Positions 1 through 11,700 of a stretch of DNA of 64,000 bases are shown here, piece after piece. The notes below the pieces were generated by a model. It did not search any database, was not told where the DNA came from, and saw only the letters and a program-made list of their open reading frames with translations. Made by a program: the position numbers and the translations under genes. Source of the stretch: Botryllus schlosseri (Eukaryota); NCBI GenBank assembly GCA_051294905.1, contig CM119371.1, forward strand, positions 25,174,001 to 25,238,000, given 5' to 3'. Position 1 is the stretch's first letter. Every line of letters starts with the position of its first letter.

Positions 1-730
1 CAGTAATTCCATTATGGTGACAACGAAATTTGGGATGTTGATGACTAAAATATCAGTTCTGACGCATTGACGTAGCAAGGCGCCATCCACATTTTTTTGT
101 AAATCTTCGTTTATGACCATAAAAGTAGAACATTTCTTGGCGGACATATTGGACTTGAAATTTTTCTCAGCACTGCGCGTGATTTATTTCCGCTTGATTT
201 CTTGCATTCAGTGCTGGTACCCCTCATGAAATTTAAAATACGTTTAATCTGCAAAAATGAGTCTGACTATATTCGCATTTATGAAAGAGCACGTCGTCCA
301 ACACGCAACTTCGCGTCTGTACTCGCAGCAAGATCGAAGGCGATGAAACAAATGCACAAAATTATAGATGCATGTTCACCGAAATCTTCGATATTGATAT
401 GTCCATTGTCAATATCCAAGCGACGAATAATTCTGTCCTTGCCAAATGAGCCCAGCGATATACAGAGGTGGCCCGAAGTATATGCAAGTAACAATATAAT
501 TGAATGAATTCATTCATGAACTTTCAAAAATGTCCGCGCCTTGCGCGACTAGGTGTCTTCATTACATAATTGTTATCCATTTTGATGCGTATTAAGATAA
601 ATCTTGTTGTCACAATTACCTAATCCGGCTCACTCATGTCGGACGACTAAAAATGGACGTCAACACTGGCCCGTGCAATGGCTCGTAAATCTAATGTGAT
701 CCTTTGGTCGAAACGGTTGGCCACCCCGGC
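1..730 (+). mobile_element. Partial hAT-type MITE (family also at 23862-24448 and 50937-51631)
   Basis: Ends in ggttggccacccc; shares gggatgttgatgactaaaatatcagtt with 51107-51140. Confidence 0.7.
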
Positions 731-1954
731 CCTAAGAAGACCTCAACTCTCTATTACGACACTATGCCCAGCAATAAGTTCCAGATCTATAAATAAATTT
801 TTTTAAAAACACAATTATGTTGCATTTCTCTAAATAATGGAAAAGAGTCCAAGTTGTTGCATTTTGAAAGTGAGATATAAAATTGTAGTATATTTAGCGG
901 ACCCACAGGAAACTTGCCACGGACCGGCGGTTGGGAACCACTACTTTAGGTGACAATTATTGTTAGTGATGCGCGTCAGTTTGTGCATTAAGTACCAACA
1001 TTAATACTCTCGGACCCGATCTATATAATTGAATATTCACGAGATATAAAATCTTCTATTCGTGCTTACATAGGAGATATATCCCGAGCGGACATTCAAA
1101 TAGTTTAGTATTTCAACCAATATTCGTTTGCAATTGGGCAATATGCAGCGCTATTTGAAATCAGGCATATTAAATCGAATCAGGTACTACGAATAACTGA
1201 TTGAATGTTTCAAACCGAATCAACAGGACAAGTACGCTGCAATTACGTTGCATATTCTCATTGGCCATATGGGTTTCAATAGACATTAACCATGATGACT
1301 GACGTGTACCAGAGGTAGGCTACTCAACTGGCTTTATTTCATATTATATCATACAGTTCCTTAACAGCTTTTTAGTCAAAAATACTTGCTGTCACGCAAT
1401 ATATTTTGTAAAGCAGGAATTTATGATATTATGTCAGCACTTCTAAAATCTTACCTCTATGCAGCATCATTAGTTTGGCCTTAGTTGTGAAGATGCACGC
1501 TGTACCTTTACTACTAGTGCATTAATTCCTCTCTTCCACCCATATCAGAAATTCCGACCACGTCTATTCGTGATAACTGTACTGTTCTGCCTATCTCGCT
1601 TCCGGGTTCCATCTCGATGCGTTTCATTAGTTACAGAGTTCGGAGTCTTAGTGGTAACACTATTAAAATTTATCAGCTACACTCCAGATACTATTTAACA
1701 CCAGACAACATCCAACATAGAACAAGTTTATTTTAACATCAAATGTCCGAATATTAATAAATCTTACGTAATATTGCATAAAACACGAAGAAAAAATATT
1801 TTGAATACAATGATATTCCCCGCAACGCCGTATTTGACAAAGAAGGTGGTTTTTGGAGATATTCGGTAGAATATAAATATCATTGAGCCAACTTTCATTC
1901 TCTTGTCGAAATGCGATATGTAGTCATAGACACAGTTGAAGTAACACTTTATAT

Positions 1955-3119
1955 CAGTGGTTCTTAACCTTGTCCCACGCGCCCCCCTGGGGGCGATTTG
2001 AATTTTGAACGGGGGCGGACACGCTCAGGGGCGACATGGGGGGCGCTGGGCTCAGGGGGTGGTATGGGGGGAGGGCTGAGGAAAAATGGATTCGCATCAG
2101 ATGGTTTACTAAGCACATATATGATCATATAGTAGAACTATAGTTCTATATATCCCTGAGTTCTCATTGCAAACTAACATTCGACAAAATCTGTCATCAA
2201 ATACAACGTTTTTCGTTGCGCTCATCGTGAAATATCTACCGACCACGTTTCCATGAATGCAGTGGTTTATTTCAATTCATGTAAAATGAATGAGGCGTAC
2301 TTTGAGATTGCTAAGTCCCCGTTAAAACATTCCCGTCACGCTAGCTACTCCAAGTCGTTTCGACACCTTTCCATCTTTTCACTGCTCGCAGTGTTGTGGC
2401 GTTTTGAAATGGTGAAAATATTAATAAACCGATACGTCTACTAATAGCTTGGGTGCATTTCCATAAAATCATTTTAAGTAGGTATTACATCCCGCAGCGC
2501 ACTGCTTGTCGAAATCGAAAAGGCAGATAGGCTATTATACTACTTTTAAGAGTGATGCCCTTTGCACATTAAGGAAGTTTTGAAGCTTATTGACCAAAAT
2601 GATTAACTAAATATACTTGTATTTGAGAGCTACAAATTTAAATCGTCAGAATATTTCTTCAAAATCGTATATCATAAATGATGATACCGCTTAGTGTTGT
2701 TACCGATTCATGTTAAAGTTAAAAGCTTGTTGCAGGACTATACTTTTAATGTGAGCAAATCCCTACAACATTCGCAGTTGATTTAGTAGTCACTCAAAGC
2801 AATAAAACGAAACCTAATGCAATTAACTTCCCCGTGTTGCCAATCGCAGAGGAGAATTCGGGATGTGTACATCGATCTTGAACCATATGCTGTGAGCCCG
2901 TGGGCTTTACCCAATGGTTCTTATAACAACCTAGATTTGATCCCGAAAATAGCATATACAATTATACCGTTAATAGTCGAGAGTGATCTAGTAGTGAAGT
3001 CCCAACCCGAAAGCGGACTTCTACCACTTACTCATTGTTTCTACTAAAGTCCTTAAATAGGGGGACGCCAGGCAACTTTTGAAAGGCGGCGCTGGAGTAA
3101 AAAAGGTTAGGAACCACTG
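1955..3119 (+). mobile_element. hAT (Charlie-like) non-autonomous element
   Basis: TIR cagtggttcttaacc/ggttaggaaccactg; TSD ctttatat/cttcatat. A related inverted copy is at 20966-22073. Confidence 0.85.
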
Positions 3120-4208
3120 CTTCATATGATACTTAAGTAAATACAATACTACTGCTAAGTTATCTAATTTCCGAATAAAAATTGTTAACGGTAAATATGG
3201 AGCATATGAGTAAACCAAAAGTTTGTAATACGAGCAATCAGTGGCAATTTAAGAGTGGAAACGTTATCGATCCGTTTAATCGTGTTATATTTCATTGGGC
3301 TGCGGCTTGCATCACGATAAAAAAACTCATATCATTATAGACACGTCGTAAATGCAGTTATTATCGTATATATTGATGTAGCTAACCACCGTTGCTTCTT
3401 AGGGTTGGATTTGAAAAGCAATTCATATGACACTTGCCTACTCTTAAAAATATTTTAGGAGTTCGGTGAGCATGTACAGTAGGGCTCTTCAAAAATGACT
3501 TTTTTTTTTCTCAAATCGTACTGGCTACTTGATAAAATTGTTAGGTTACCTAATTTAAGCCTACACACAAAATTTGGTTCAATTCCAGCCAGTAACCGCT
3601 TTGCTACAGGAGAAGAAAGTTTCCATTTATTATATAAAAATAAACAATAAAAAATTTAAATTTTTTTGTTCATGCCATGAAAGTGTTAGGCTGTCTATAG
3701 AAACGACGCTCACCAAATTTGGTTCAATTCCAACCAGTGGAAGCGGAGTTATTGCCGTCGAAAAATTTGGATTTGAATAAAATAGTATTTACGGTGACCG
3801 ATTCTTTGTTTATTTATTATAGTTGTGCTCACCGTAAATACTATTTTATTCAAATCAAAAATTTTCGACGGCAATAACTCCGCTTCCACTGGTTGGAATT
3901 GAACCAAATTTGGTGAGGATCGTTTCTATAGACAGCCTAACACTTTCATGTGGTGAACAGGAAATTTTGAAATTTTTTATCATTTCTTTTTATATAATAT
4001 ATAAAAACTTTCTTCTCCTGTAGCAAAGCGGTTACTGGCTGGAATTGAACCAAATTTTGTGTGTAGCCTTAAATTAGGTAACCTAACAATTTTATCAAGT
4101 ACCCAGTACGATTTGAGAAAAAAGTCATTTTTGAAGATAGATAGATAGATCATTTATTAAATTCGTCTCACCAGGAAAATTTGAAACATTCAAATAATCG
4201 GTATGGAC

Positions 4209-4256
4209 AGGGAAGGGACGATACGACCAAGAAGTCATCTAGTCAATCCCTTCCCT
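4209..4256 (-). other. LINE 3' UTR stem-loop (putative RT recognition structure)
   Basis: AGGGAAGGGA (4209-4218) is the perfect reverse complement of TCCCTTCCCT (4247-4256). Confidence 0.6.
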
Positions 4257-4398
4257 ATAGAGCATACAAATTATAACTCACGAGACAGACGAACACAATG
4301 ATAAATTTCGAAAACACAAAAATAAAAGAGATCGGTATAAACGAACAACATACACATAAGAAAGCCATGTTCGAACAGCAACAACAACAGTGCATCAA

Positions 4399-7300
4399 TT
4401 ACAGACCAATAGGTTGATTAGAAGGGTCCAGCAAATAGTCTATCAGTGATTTTTTAAAACCGTTGAAGCTTCGTTCACGAATTGTAATGGGTACATTATT
4501 CCAGATGATAGGACCGGCTATCAAAAGAGATCGTTTGCAGAATTCCTTCCTTACTAAATTGTGGCGATAATTTGGTGCGGCTGAAAATCTGGTATTGTGA
4601 CTATGGGTGGATGTTGATAGTTGTAATTTATCCCCCAAACTAAAGGCAAGCTGTTTATTGTGAAAACGATACATGAATTTAGCTACTTCCAGATATTTAA
4701 TTTCTTCAACTCTCAATATTCTCCACTCCCGATATGACTTCCCAAGATTACATCGAAATGACCCCGTAAGGGCACGAATGGCGTCGTTTTGAATCACCTG
4801 TATTGGATGCAAAGTACTTTTGTTGCAGAAGCCCCAACTCAAAATTCCATATTGCAAGTGACTGTGAACCATTGCAAAATACACTTCTCGGAGCACCGTC
4901 TTCGGAACTAGATGTCTAAGGCGCCGTAAGATGCCAACACCACGGGAGAGTTTAACCGCTAGCTTCTGGGTATGGTCCTTCCAGGATAGATCGCCATCAA
5001 TGAATATGCCAAGATATTTTGCAACCCTAGAAGGGTTTATCGTCTTATCATTTACCATTACACTAACAGTGCGATATTCTTTAGTACTTAAGACGTTACT
5101 AATGAATATAATCTGGGTTTTGGCAGCATTCAGCGTTAATTTATTACATATCATCCATTTGGATACCAAAGTCATTTCCCTATTAAGCTTCGCATTGAGC
5201 TCATCAACGTAATCTGACGAGGCGAAGAGGTGCGTGTCATCAGCAAATAGGGTGGTTTCCATCGATGTGGATTTAGCTAGGTCGTTGATATATATCAAGA
5301 ACAATGTCGGACCAAGAACAGACCCTTGAGGGACACCGCATCGTATGGCGCCAGGCGACGAGTTGATGCCACCGATATCGACACATTGAGATCTATTGCT
5401 CAAGTAAGATCTGAAAAGGTCATTGGCGACACCCCTGATACCGCAGGCCGATAACTTGGCAAGAAGGATGTCGTGATCAACGGTATCAAAGGCTTTCTTG
5501 AGATCAAGGAATATACTGCATGCCACTTTGTTTTGCTCAATTACCTTATAGTATTTCTCCGTCACATCGAGAATTGCCTGGGAGGTATTGAATCCTTCCC
5601 GGAAACCAAATTGCTGTTTCGACAGAATTTCTTCTTTATCAAGGAAATCCATCAACCTCATATGGACTAGCTTTTCGAACACTTTAGCCATGGTTGGTAG
5701 TATAGAAATTGGTCTGTAGTTACTTCTGTTGGTGTCATCTCCTTGCTTGAAGATTGGGACTACTCTCGCTATTTTTAGGGGGTTCGGAAAGATTCCATTA
5801 TTTATACAGAAGTTGAATATCTTGCAAACTAGTGGAGAGATGTACGGACAAATTAATTTCAGAAAAGCTGCAGGGATGCCGTCTACACCGTTAGCCTTAT
5901 TGCTGCGAAGGCCAGCTATAGTCTGTACAATTTCTCTTTGCGATGTGGATCTCAAATAAATGGATTTCGAGGAAGTCGAGGCAAATGACTGGCGCTCAGT
6001 CGGCGATGGCAATTCGCGCGCTAGCGATGGACCTAACGTGCAAAAATAGTCATTAAACGATTCAGCAATCTCACCCGGGGTAATCATCATCTCGCCAGTC
6101 AAATCAGTGATACTCAATTGCTTACTCGAGGTTTTAGAATCCCTATGAATGATACTGTTGATCATTTTCCACCTCCTTTTCGGATTATTTCTATTCTCTA
6201 CGAAAGCTTTCAAGAAATAGTTTTCCTTAGCCCTTTTTTTGATACGAGTTAACTTATTCGAGTAAGTTTTATAAAATTTTCTCTGCTCAGCATTGCCCTT
6301 AACAAAAAGAGGATAATGCATTGTGTTACGCCGTCTGATAGAGATCAGAATACCTTTCGATATCCAAGGTTTGCGGAGTAATTTACGGTCGCGCCTGCTG
6401 AGTGTGATCGGAGGAGCATGACTGTTCAATAACTCGTCAATGGCATTCTTGAAAGCATCGAAGTATGCTTCAAAATTGCTCAAGGTTAAGGGTTTGTCAA
6501 ATAATCTAGAGAACACATATTGAGATTCGGTTGCTAGACGGGAAGGATCGATACCATCGAGGTCACGTTTATAATAACGCAAGGGTTTGCATTTGCTAGT
6601 TTTCAAATCAACTATCGCAAAAACAGGCAAGTGGTCAGATATTACACATGAGCAAACACACGGTTGGATTTCTCGGGTGGTTAAATTCGTGCATATATGG
6701 TCAAGAAGAGTACTAGAACTGTCCGAATACCTAGTCGGTTGGGAAATTAATGGTACGAAGTTACAGCATCGTAACATATTGATATATCGGTTCACAGTCG
6801 GGCTATTTTTTGCTTTGAGGTTAACATTAAAATCTCCAATGATGAAACAATCGTTCGACTTTTCGTTAATTTTACATAAGGCTCGATTCATTTCTTCTGT
6901 GAATTCGGTGACATCATCCACGCTAGATCTAGGGTGTCTATATATGATCGCAATGATTAGGGACCTGTTATGCTGGAAATCTTCCAAATTGACCCATAGC
7001 TGCTCACAGTCTCGATACGCAAGATTATAGGCCGTTAGCACAGTGAATCGCAGATTAGATTTGATATAGAGGCCTACCCCGCCCGCATTGGAACGGGTCG
7101 GTGAGTGCAGGAACGTATATCCTTCCAATGCTATATTAGAAGTCGGATCAGATTTGAGTTTGGTCTCAGAAATAGCGATGAGAGTAGGCATACTATTCAG
7201 CGACGTTATAATTTCAGAAAGATCATCATGGTTCTTCTGGAGGGATCTCATATTAAAATGAGATATTGTGAATCGATCTTGGTTGGAGGATCCCGATAAG

Positions 7301-7557
7301 ATATCAGTCAATTTATCTAGGCAAACATATTCACATTTCTTGACATTGTTAAAGTTGAAGCTTTCTGGGGACAAATCAGCACCTTCATGGAGGTCTGATT
7401 GAGATTGCAAACAGTCCGAGGCATTGATATTGTGTTTGTCATGTCGCCTACTAGCAAGATCAAAGGAATAGTGGGGCAAAGGCATAATAATGAATGAAAG
7501 AATGAAAAATAATGCGCTTAATATGAATAGATTACGTGAGGGAGAATAGTTACTCAC
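4399..7557 (-). CDS. LINE ORF2: APE endonuclease + reverse transcriptase (first ATG at 7485)
   Basis: APE motifs HFNMRSL, ISETKL, GGVGLYI, YRHP, GDFN, TLLDHI, SDHLPV; RT motifs YRPISIL, QFGFR, FLDLKKAFDTV, GVPQGSVLGP, FADD, KYLGI; C-terminal HSHNTR. Uninterrupted for 1052 codons. Confidence 0.97.
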   Translation of the reverse strand: MSNYSPSRNLFILSALFFILSFIIMPLPHYSFDLASRRHDKHNINASDCLQSQSDLHEGADLSPESFNFNNVKKCEYVCLDKLTDILSGSSNQDRFTISHFNMRSLQKNHDDLSEIITSLNSMPTLIAISETKLKSDPTSNIALEGYTFLHSPTRSNAGGVGLYIKSNLRFTVLTAYNLAYRDCEQLWVNLEDFQHNRSLIIAIIYRHPRSSVDDVTEFTEEMNRALCKINEKSNDCFIIGDFNVNLKAKNSPTVNRYINMLRCCNFVPLISQPTRYSDSSSTLLDHICTNLTTREIQPCVCSCVISDHLPVFAIVDLKTSKCKPLRYYKRDLDGIDPSRLATESQYVFSRLFDKPLTLSNFEAYFDAFKNAIDELLNSHAPPITLSRRDRKLLRKPWISKGILISIRRRNTMHYPLFVKGNAEQRKFYKTYSNKLTRIKKRAKENYFLKAFVENRNNPKRRWKMINSIIHRDSKTSSKQLSITDLTGEMMITPGEIAESFNDYFCTLGPSLARELPSPTERQSFASTSSKSIYLRSTSQREIVQTIAGLRSNKANGVDGIPAAFLKLICPYISPLVCKIFNFCINNGIFPNPLKIARVVPIFKQGDDTNRSNYRPISILPTMAKVFEKLVHMRLMDFLDKEEILSKQQFGFREGFNTSQAILDVTEKYYKVIEQNKVACSIFLDLKKAFDTVDHDILLAKLSACGIRGVANDLFRSYLSNRSQCVDIGGINSSPGAIRCGVPQGSVLGPTLFLIYINDLAKSTSMETTLFADDTHLFASSDYVDELNAKLNREMTLVSKWMICNKLTLNAAKTQIIFISNVLSTKEYRTVSVMVNDKTINPSRVAKYLGIFIDGDLSWKDHTQKLAVKLSRGVGILRRLRHLVPKTVLREVYFAMVHSHLQYGILSWGFCNKSTLHPIQVIQNDAIRALTGSFRCNLGKSYREWRILRVEEIKYLEVAKFMYRFHNKQLAFSLGDKLQLSTSTHSHNTRFSAAPNYRHNLVRKEFCKRSLLIAGPIIWNNVPITIRERSFNGFKKSLIDYLLDPSNQPIGL

Positions 7558-8303
7558 AGGATCTTCTTTAGGTCACTATGTTTTTCGATTAGAAATGCTG
7601 ATGAGTCAACGTTCTTTTTTGCCCAGATCTTCCCATGTCTGGTCCAAAGGAAATCAAATTTTTGCTTCTTTTTCAGTTGACGGGCGTCATACAATAACTT
7701 GTGGGTCCTCTCGGTGAGATTTTCCACGATGAAGATTGAGCTGCAATTTTCCAACTTTGCGCTCGAAACGTCGCGAAGTTTCAATCTTGCAAAGTAGATC
7801 TCATCTCGGATAGTTCGATCGAAGAATTTGACCATGATAGGGGCTGTTTTTGTAGCATCTCGGAGAGGTTTACGATAGCATAATGATAGGTCCTCTTCAT
7901 CCAGACTTACCCCGATCGCTTTACAGATATCCATAACAACTTTCTTTGTATCCTCGTTTTCTTTCTTCACAATGCCTTGAAATTCTAGTAAATCGAGGCG
8001 AGATATGCGGTCGAGCTCGTCAATGCGACTAAATGCAGTCTCGATACTTTCTCGATTGGCTTCCACATCTGTTAGGTTCTTCTGAACCTGTTCTTCTAGC
8101 GCATCTAGTCTCGTATTAAGTTTGTCCATTTTAGCAGATATCTCGGAGGTATTGCTCTTGATGGTGGCAATCTCCTCTAACAGCCGATCTTGGTTTTTTT
8201 GCAGCATGTTGTTGATCTCTCCTGTTAGCTTTTCTAGCAGCGAAGGCAATATCTTCTTTATCATTTCTTCCTCATTCAATACGACCTTTCCTGAGCGAGA
8301 CAT
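7554..8303 (-). CDS. LINE ORF1: coiled coil + RRM-like + C-terminal domain (baculovirus FP/L1-ORF1-like type)
   Basis: Heptad-rich N-half, then LEFQGI...PIMVKF...IFIVENLT...FLWTRHGKIWAKK, the pattern typical of this ORF1 class. Confidence 0.88.
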   Translation of the reverse strand: MSRSGKVVLNEEEMIKKILPSLLEKLTGEINNMLQKNQDRLLEEIATIKSNTSEISAKMDKLNTRLDALEEQVQKNLTDVEANRESIETAFSRIDELDRISRLDLLEFQGIVKKENEDTKKVVMDICKAIGVSLDEEDLSLCYRKPLRDATKTAPIMVKFFDRTIRDEIYFARLKLRDVSSAKLENCSSIFIVENLTERTHKLLYDARQLKKKQKFDFLWTRHGKIWAKKNVDSSAFLIEKHSDLKKIL

Positions 8304-8366
8304 ACTCTAACAGTTCTTGATAGAGAACACGCCTTTGATTGTCAGTCCCGTGAGCGTAATCAGACA

Positions 8367-8400
8367 CGTCCGCACGGTAGCTCGCCAAATGCTCGAATGA
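8367..8400 (-). promoter_or_regulatory. LINE internal Pol II promoter: Inr (TCATTC, A+1 = 8398) and DPE (GGACG at +28..+32, 8371-8367)
   Basis: Exact consensus matches with the canonical Inr-DPE spacing. Confidence 0.65.
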
Positions 8401-8782
8401 AGAGCCCTAATGTACAGTTGTACACTTAATATTATTGAATAAAATGTGAGATAAACACATAATTAAAAATCAGTAAGGGGGTTTACAAACAATCGAATAA
8501 TTTTTTGCTTAACACGCTACAAATTGAATAAGTGTTCCTAGACGAAATCACTCTTCGCTCATTCACGATGTATAATGCGGATTTTGAATTGATAACAACG
8601 TTAGGGGCGGAGAATGGTCCCAAAACAATTATCATATTCACGGCCAAAACCGTCTGAAGTCCTACAAACATCAATTAAAGACTGATTAAACGCTCAACAC
8701 CAAGTTTAAGAGATAATTTTTGAAACCTCGTCCCAAATGTTCAGTAATGTTACTTGATAATATCCAAGCCTTTTTGCTGTTA

Positions 8783-11700
8783 CTAAAATTCACTCTGCAT
8801 TTTCAAGTTCCGATCGTCCCGGCTAACTCGTTGCGAAAACTTCATCTCGATAACGTTTATTTTCATTGATTGGCGTTGAGGCAGAAGGGAGTCGGCGGCC
8901 GAATCTGAAATTATCGATACCATATCCTTAAAATAAATTTGATCATTGTACACGTGCAGTTTATTTACTTACCTCTGCCTCTCAATCTATGTAGTAGTTC
9001 CGTTACCAATCGGACTAATTTGCTTTTCTGAGCTAATAGACGATCAGGAAGGTTGGAGTAGAGAAAGGGATTGAGAGCGCTGTTTATCGGGAGGATGAGC
9101 AAGCCGGTTGGCAGGTAGGCGTCGTCCGGGATATTAATACCTGAAAGCAATCAATGCAAACGATCGTATAAACAATAACTGAACACTATTATATCCCCTC
9201 GCCATTAGATTGTGGACATGATTGTTACACAGAGTTAGTATCGCTTCGATTTGCTACTCTGTAATTGTCTGTAACCGTGTCACATTCAGAAGCGATTTGA
9301 AAGGAATATCTTCATTCAGGAACCAGGAATCGGGAACTGGAATATCACAATTCATTCCTTTATATACAGGCCAGTCAATGCGCAACATGGGCACTGGGCA
9401 GTAACAGTTCAACTTACGAAAGACGCTAATTATTTTACAGATGCGATTAAAATATGCCATGGCAATTTCCATTCTAAAGCTGTTGGACTTCGTTGTGGCG
9501 CAGTATGTGATTAACACTACATCATGTTTCACAAGCGATTGCATGTGTGTTTGGGATGTAAGATCAATAAACCTGGGTGACTATAATTAGAAAACTCGAT
9601 AGGTTGTCTGGACTAGTATGTATGCAACGAAGCCAATCTCAACATTCCTATTAAACCCTATGAGACTAGATGTGGAATCAGTGCATCAAACGCATTCGAT
9701 TGATACCCGGTAATATTGATACTGTGCTCGTCTCGTCACCAAGTAGCATAATGCATCGTGCGAGTCACGTATGAATGCGTGAGGCTACTCCGTGCTGCGA
9801 ATGACTTTGTAGGTCTACCTTATTAGACCATGTTGATTCTCTGTAGTAATTCCCATCACGAAAACCAATTACGTCAATAAACGTGAATGGTTGATGACAT
9901 TTCCCGGGCCGACGAATAAGAGGGTGTATAAACTCATTTCGATTTTGCAGATATACTGGCAATAGGCACATGCCCATGTTGTATAATCTTTGTCTATGAT
10001 GAATTGCGCTAGCAGTGGTGGCCTTGTCTTGTCTTGTCACTGCATCACCTATCAATTTGTCCTATTTCTGAGCCAACCATACGCGAATTGAGTAACTGCT
10101 AGGCGCTTACAGTGTGCACCACGTATAATGGTAGCGAGATGATGTTTGCTTCTCAATGCGAAATCATGTACCTGCCAGCTTCAAGAAACCCATAATGCAC
10201 ACAGGTACCCAGCAAAGAAAGTCAGTCACGAGGATCCTGGTGAGCTTGCGTTGCATTGTAGCGCTCTGTTTGCTCCTTTGGTCGCGAGCTGTTGCTGATT
10301 CTAGAGCTTTTGTACTGCTCGCCTTTCTGTGTAAGACATACATGTGTGAAAGACCTCCTATACTGGAGAATTTCGAAAATACTGAAGTTGTCTTCAGAGA
10401 GGTGGGTCGTTTACTAGCCTTTTTGACGCGGTCGAGAAACTATGATTCGCCAGGGAAATAGGACTCTTGAAATGGTCCTATCAGATATATTATAGTATAC
10501 TGGTACGACAAGTTTTAAATTAGCAATTGGCGCGAATGAAAAGCTGTGCTCGTTTTCTGTACGATTTTTCTGGTAGAATTTTTTCAATGTTGATATTTGA
10601 TACATGCGTAGCAAAATTTGACCAGTATACAACGCATTACATTTTTGTTAATTTTAATCATTAAACAAGAAATAGATGCTTATCACTTGTTAGTCTTTTG
10701 CACCGGAGGCAACGACTACGTATGATGAAATGCACCACCACCTGCACGCATAAAACTCTCCGCGTGGCATAGGTAAATTTATCGCTATAAATAACTTGAA
10801 ATAAATCTATATAATTAACGAAGATACCCGGGTTTTCCTGTATAATATCATGGTTGCTGGTTTGAAAATAATATTTGGACAACGGTAGTCAAATTGAGTT
10901 CAATTGCTCAAATATCTTACATATTCCACTACGTTATTTTCTAAATCTTGCGTAAAAAACAAATCATTTCCGCCATAGACACATTCTCAAATATACGAGC
11001 ACCAAATGCTTCTTTGTGAACTTATGTCTCACCTGTATAACTGCACGTAGCATACGAGCATCAATACAAACGCCAGAAAATTGGTTAGCAGAAGAACGAA
11101 GGAGTACATCCATGATCGGTCTTTCCGGTCAGGAAATAATGTGGGAAGGCAAACTGTGTGACTGGAATAGTATCCGAATTCATGAGTCGCTTTTATCGGG
11201 TCACTTGGGTTGATTTTTGCTACAAGTCTCCTCAACGTTCCCCATCCAGTGCTGCTGAGCCAATATCATCAATTTCAGAAGTTTCGCACCGATCAGCATA
11301 TAGATTTGGTCTCACCTGTCCACATTATCTTCGATTGTGAAGTTCTTCATTAAACTGAGCCAGGTAATGATGCGCTTCTGGTCAGTGTGATTGACTTTCG
11401 TTTTGAAAATCGAAGTGTCATTGAACCTGGAAATATTTAGCATGGTCATTGGTCACTGTACGAGCGCCAGCACCATAACTGCCGCACCCCAAAACCCCCA
11501 ATTGGGGGGGGGGCCGAGCTCGAAGGGGGCCCAAAATTATTTCGTGAATTAGCATAAATCATAGAGTATTTTTTGAAAATTTATGCAATTTTTTCAAAAT
11601 TTTTCGCGCTGCGCGCGATTTCATGTAGCCGTTTCTCTATATTATAGGGTATTGGGCCATTACCGCGCCACGACCAATCATGACATACAATCAAGTTTTA

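Larger units (their letters stand above)
4138..8397 (-). mobile_element. Full-length CR1-group (L2/Crack-like) non-LTR retrotransposon
   Basis: Two intact ORFs, a short 5' UTR with Inr/DPE, a 3' UTR hairpin, AATAAA (4153-4158) and an (ATCT)n tail. TGAAGA is repeated at 4132-4137 and 8398-8403. Confidence 0.95.
3482..8407. mobile_element. Foldback MITE (~660 bp net) with ~315-bp inverted arms, interrupted in its right terminus by the LINE
   Basis: 3482-3798 is near reverse-complementary to 3830-4137. The missing terminal GCCC is at 8404-8407, with TA on both sides. A half copy lies at ~57792-58125. Confidence 0.9.

Noticed and set aside
4931..7299. Plus-strand ORFs antisense to ORF2
   Set aside because: Shadow frames with no motifs.
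7486..7557. Signal peptide or TM segment at the ORF2 N-terminus
   Set aside because: Depends on a GTG start from the ORF track; better explained as U-rich spacer or intron.
10327..10477. Longer TM5-TM6 exon starting at the acceptor near 10478
   Set aside because: In-frame TAG at 10414-10416; the acceptor at 10327 gives the correct phase.
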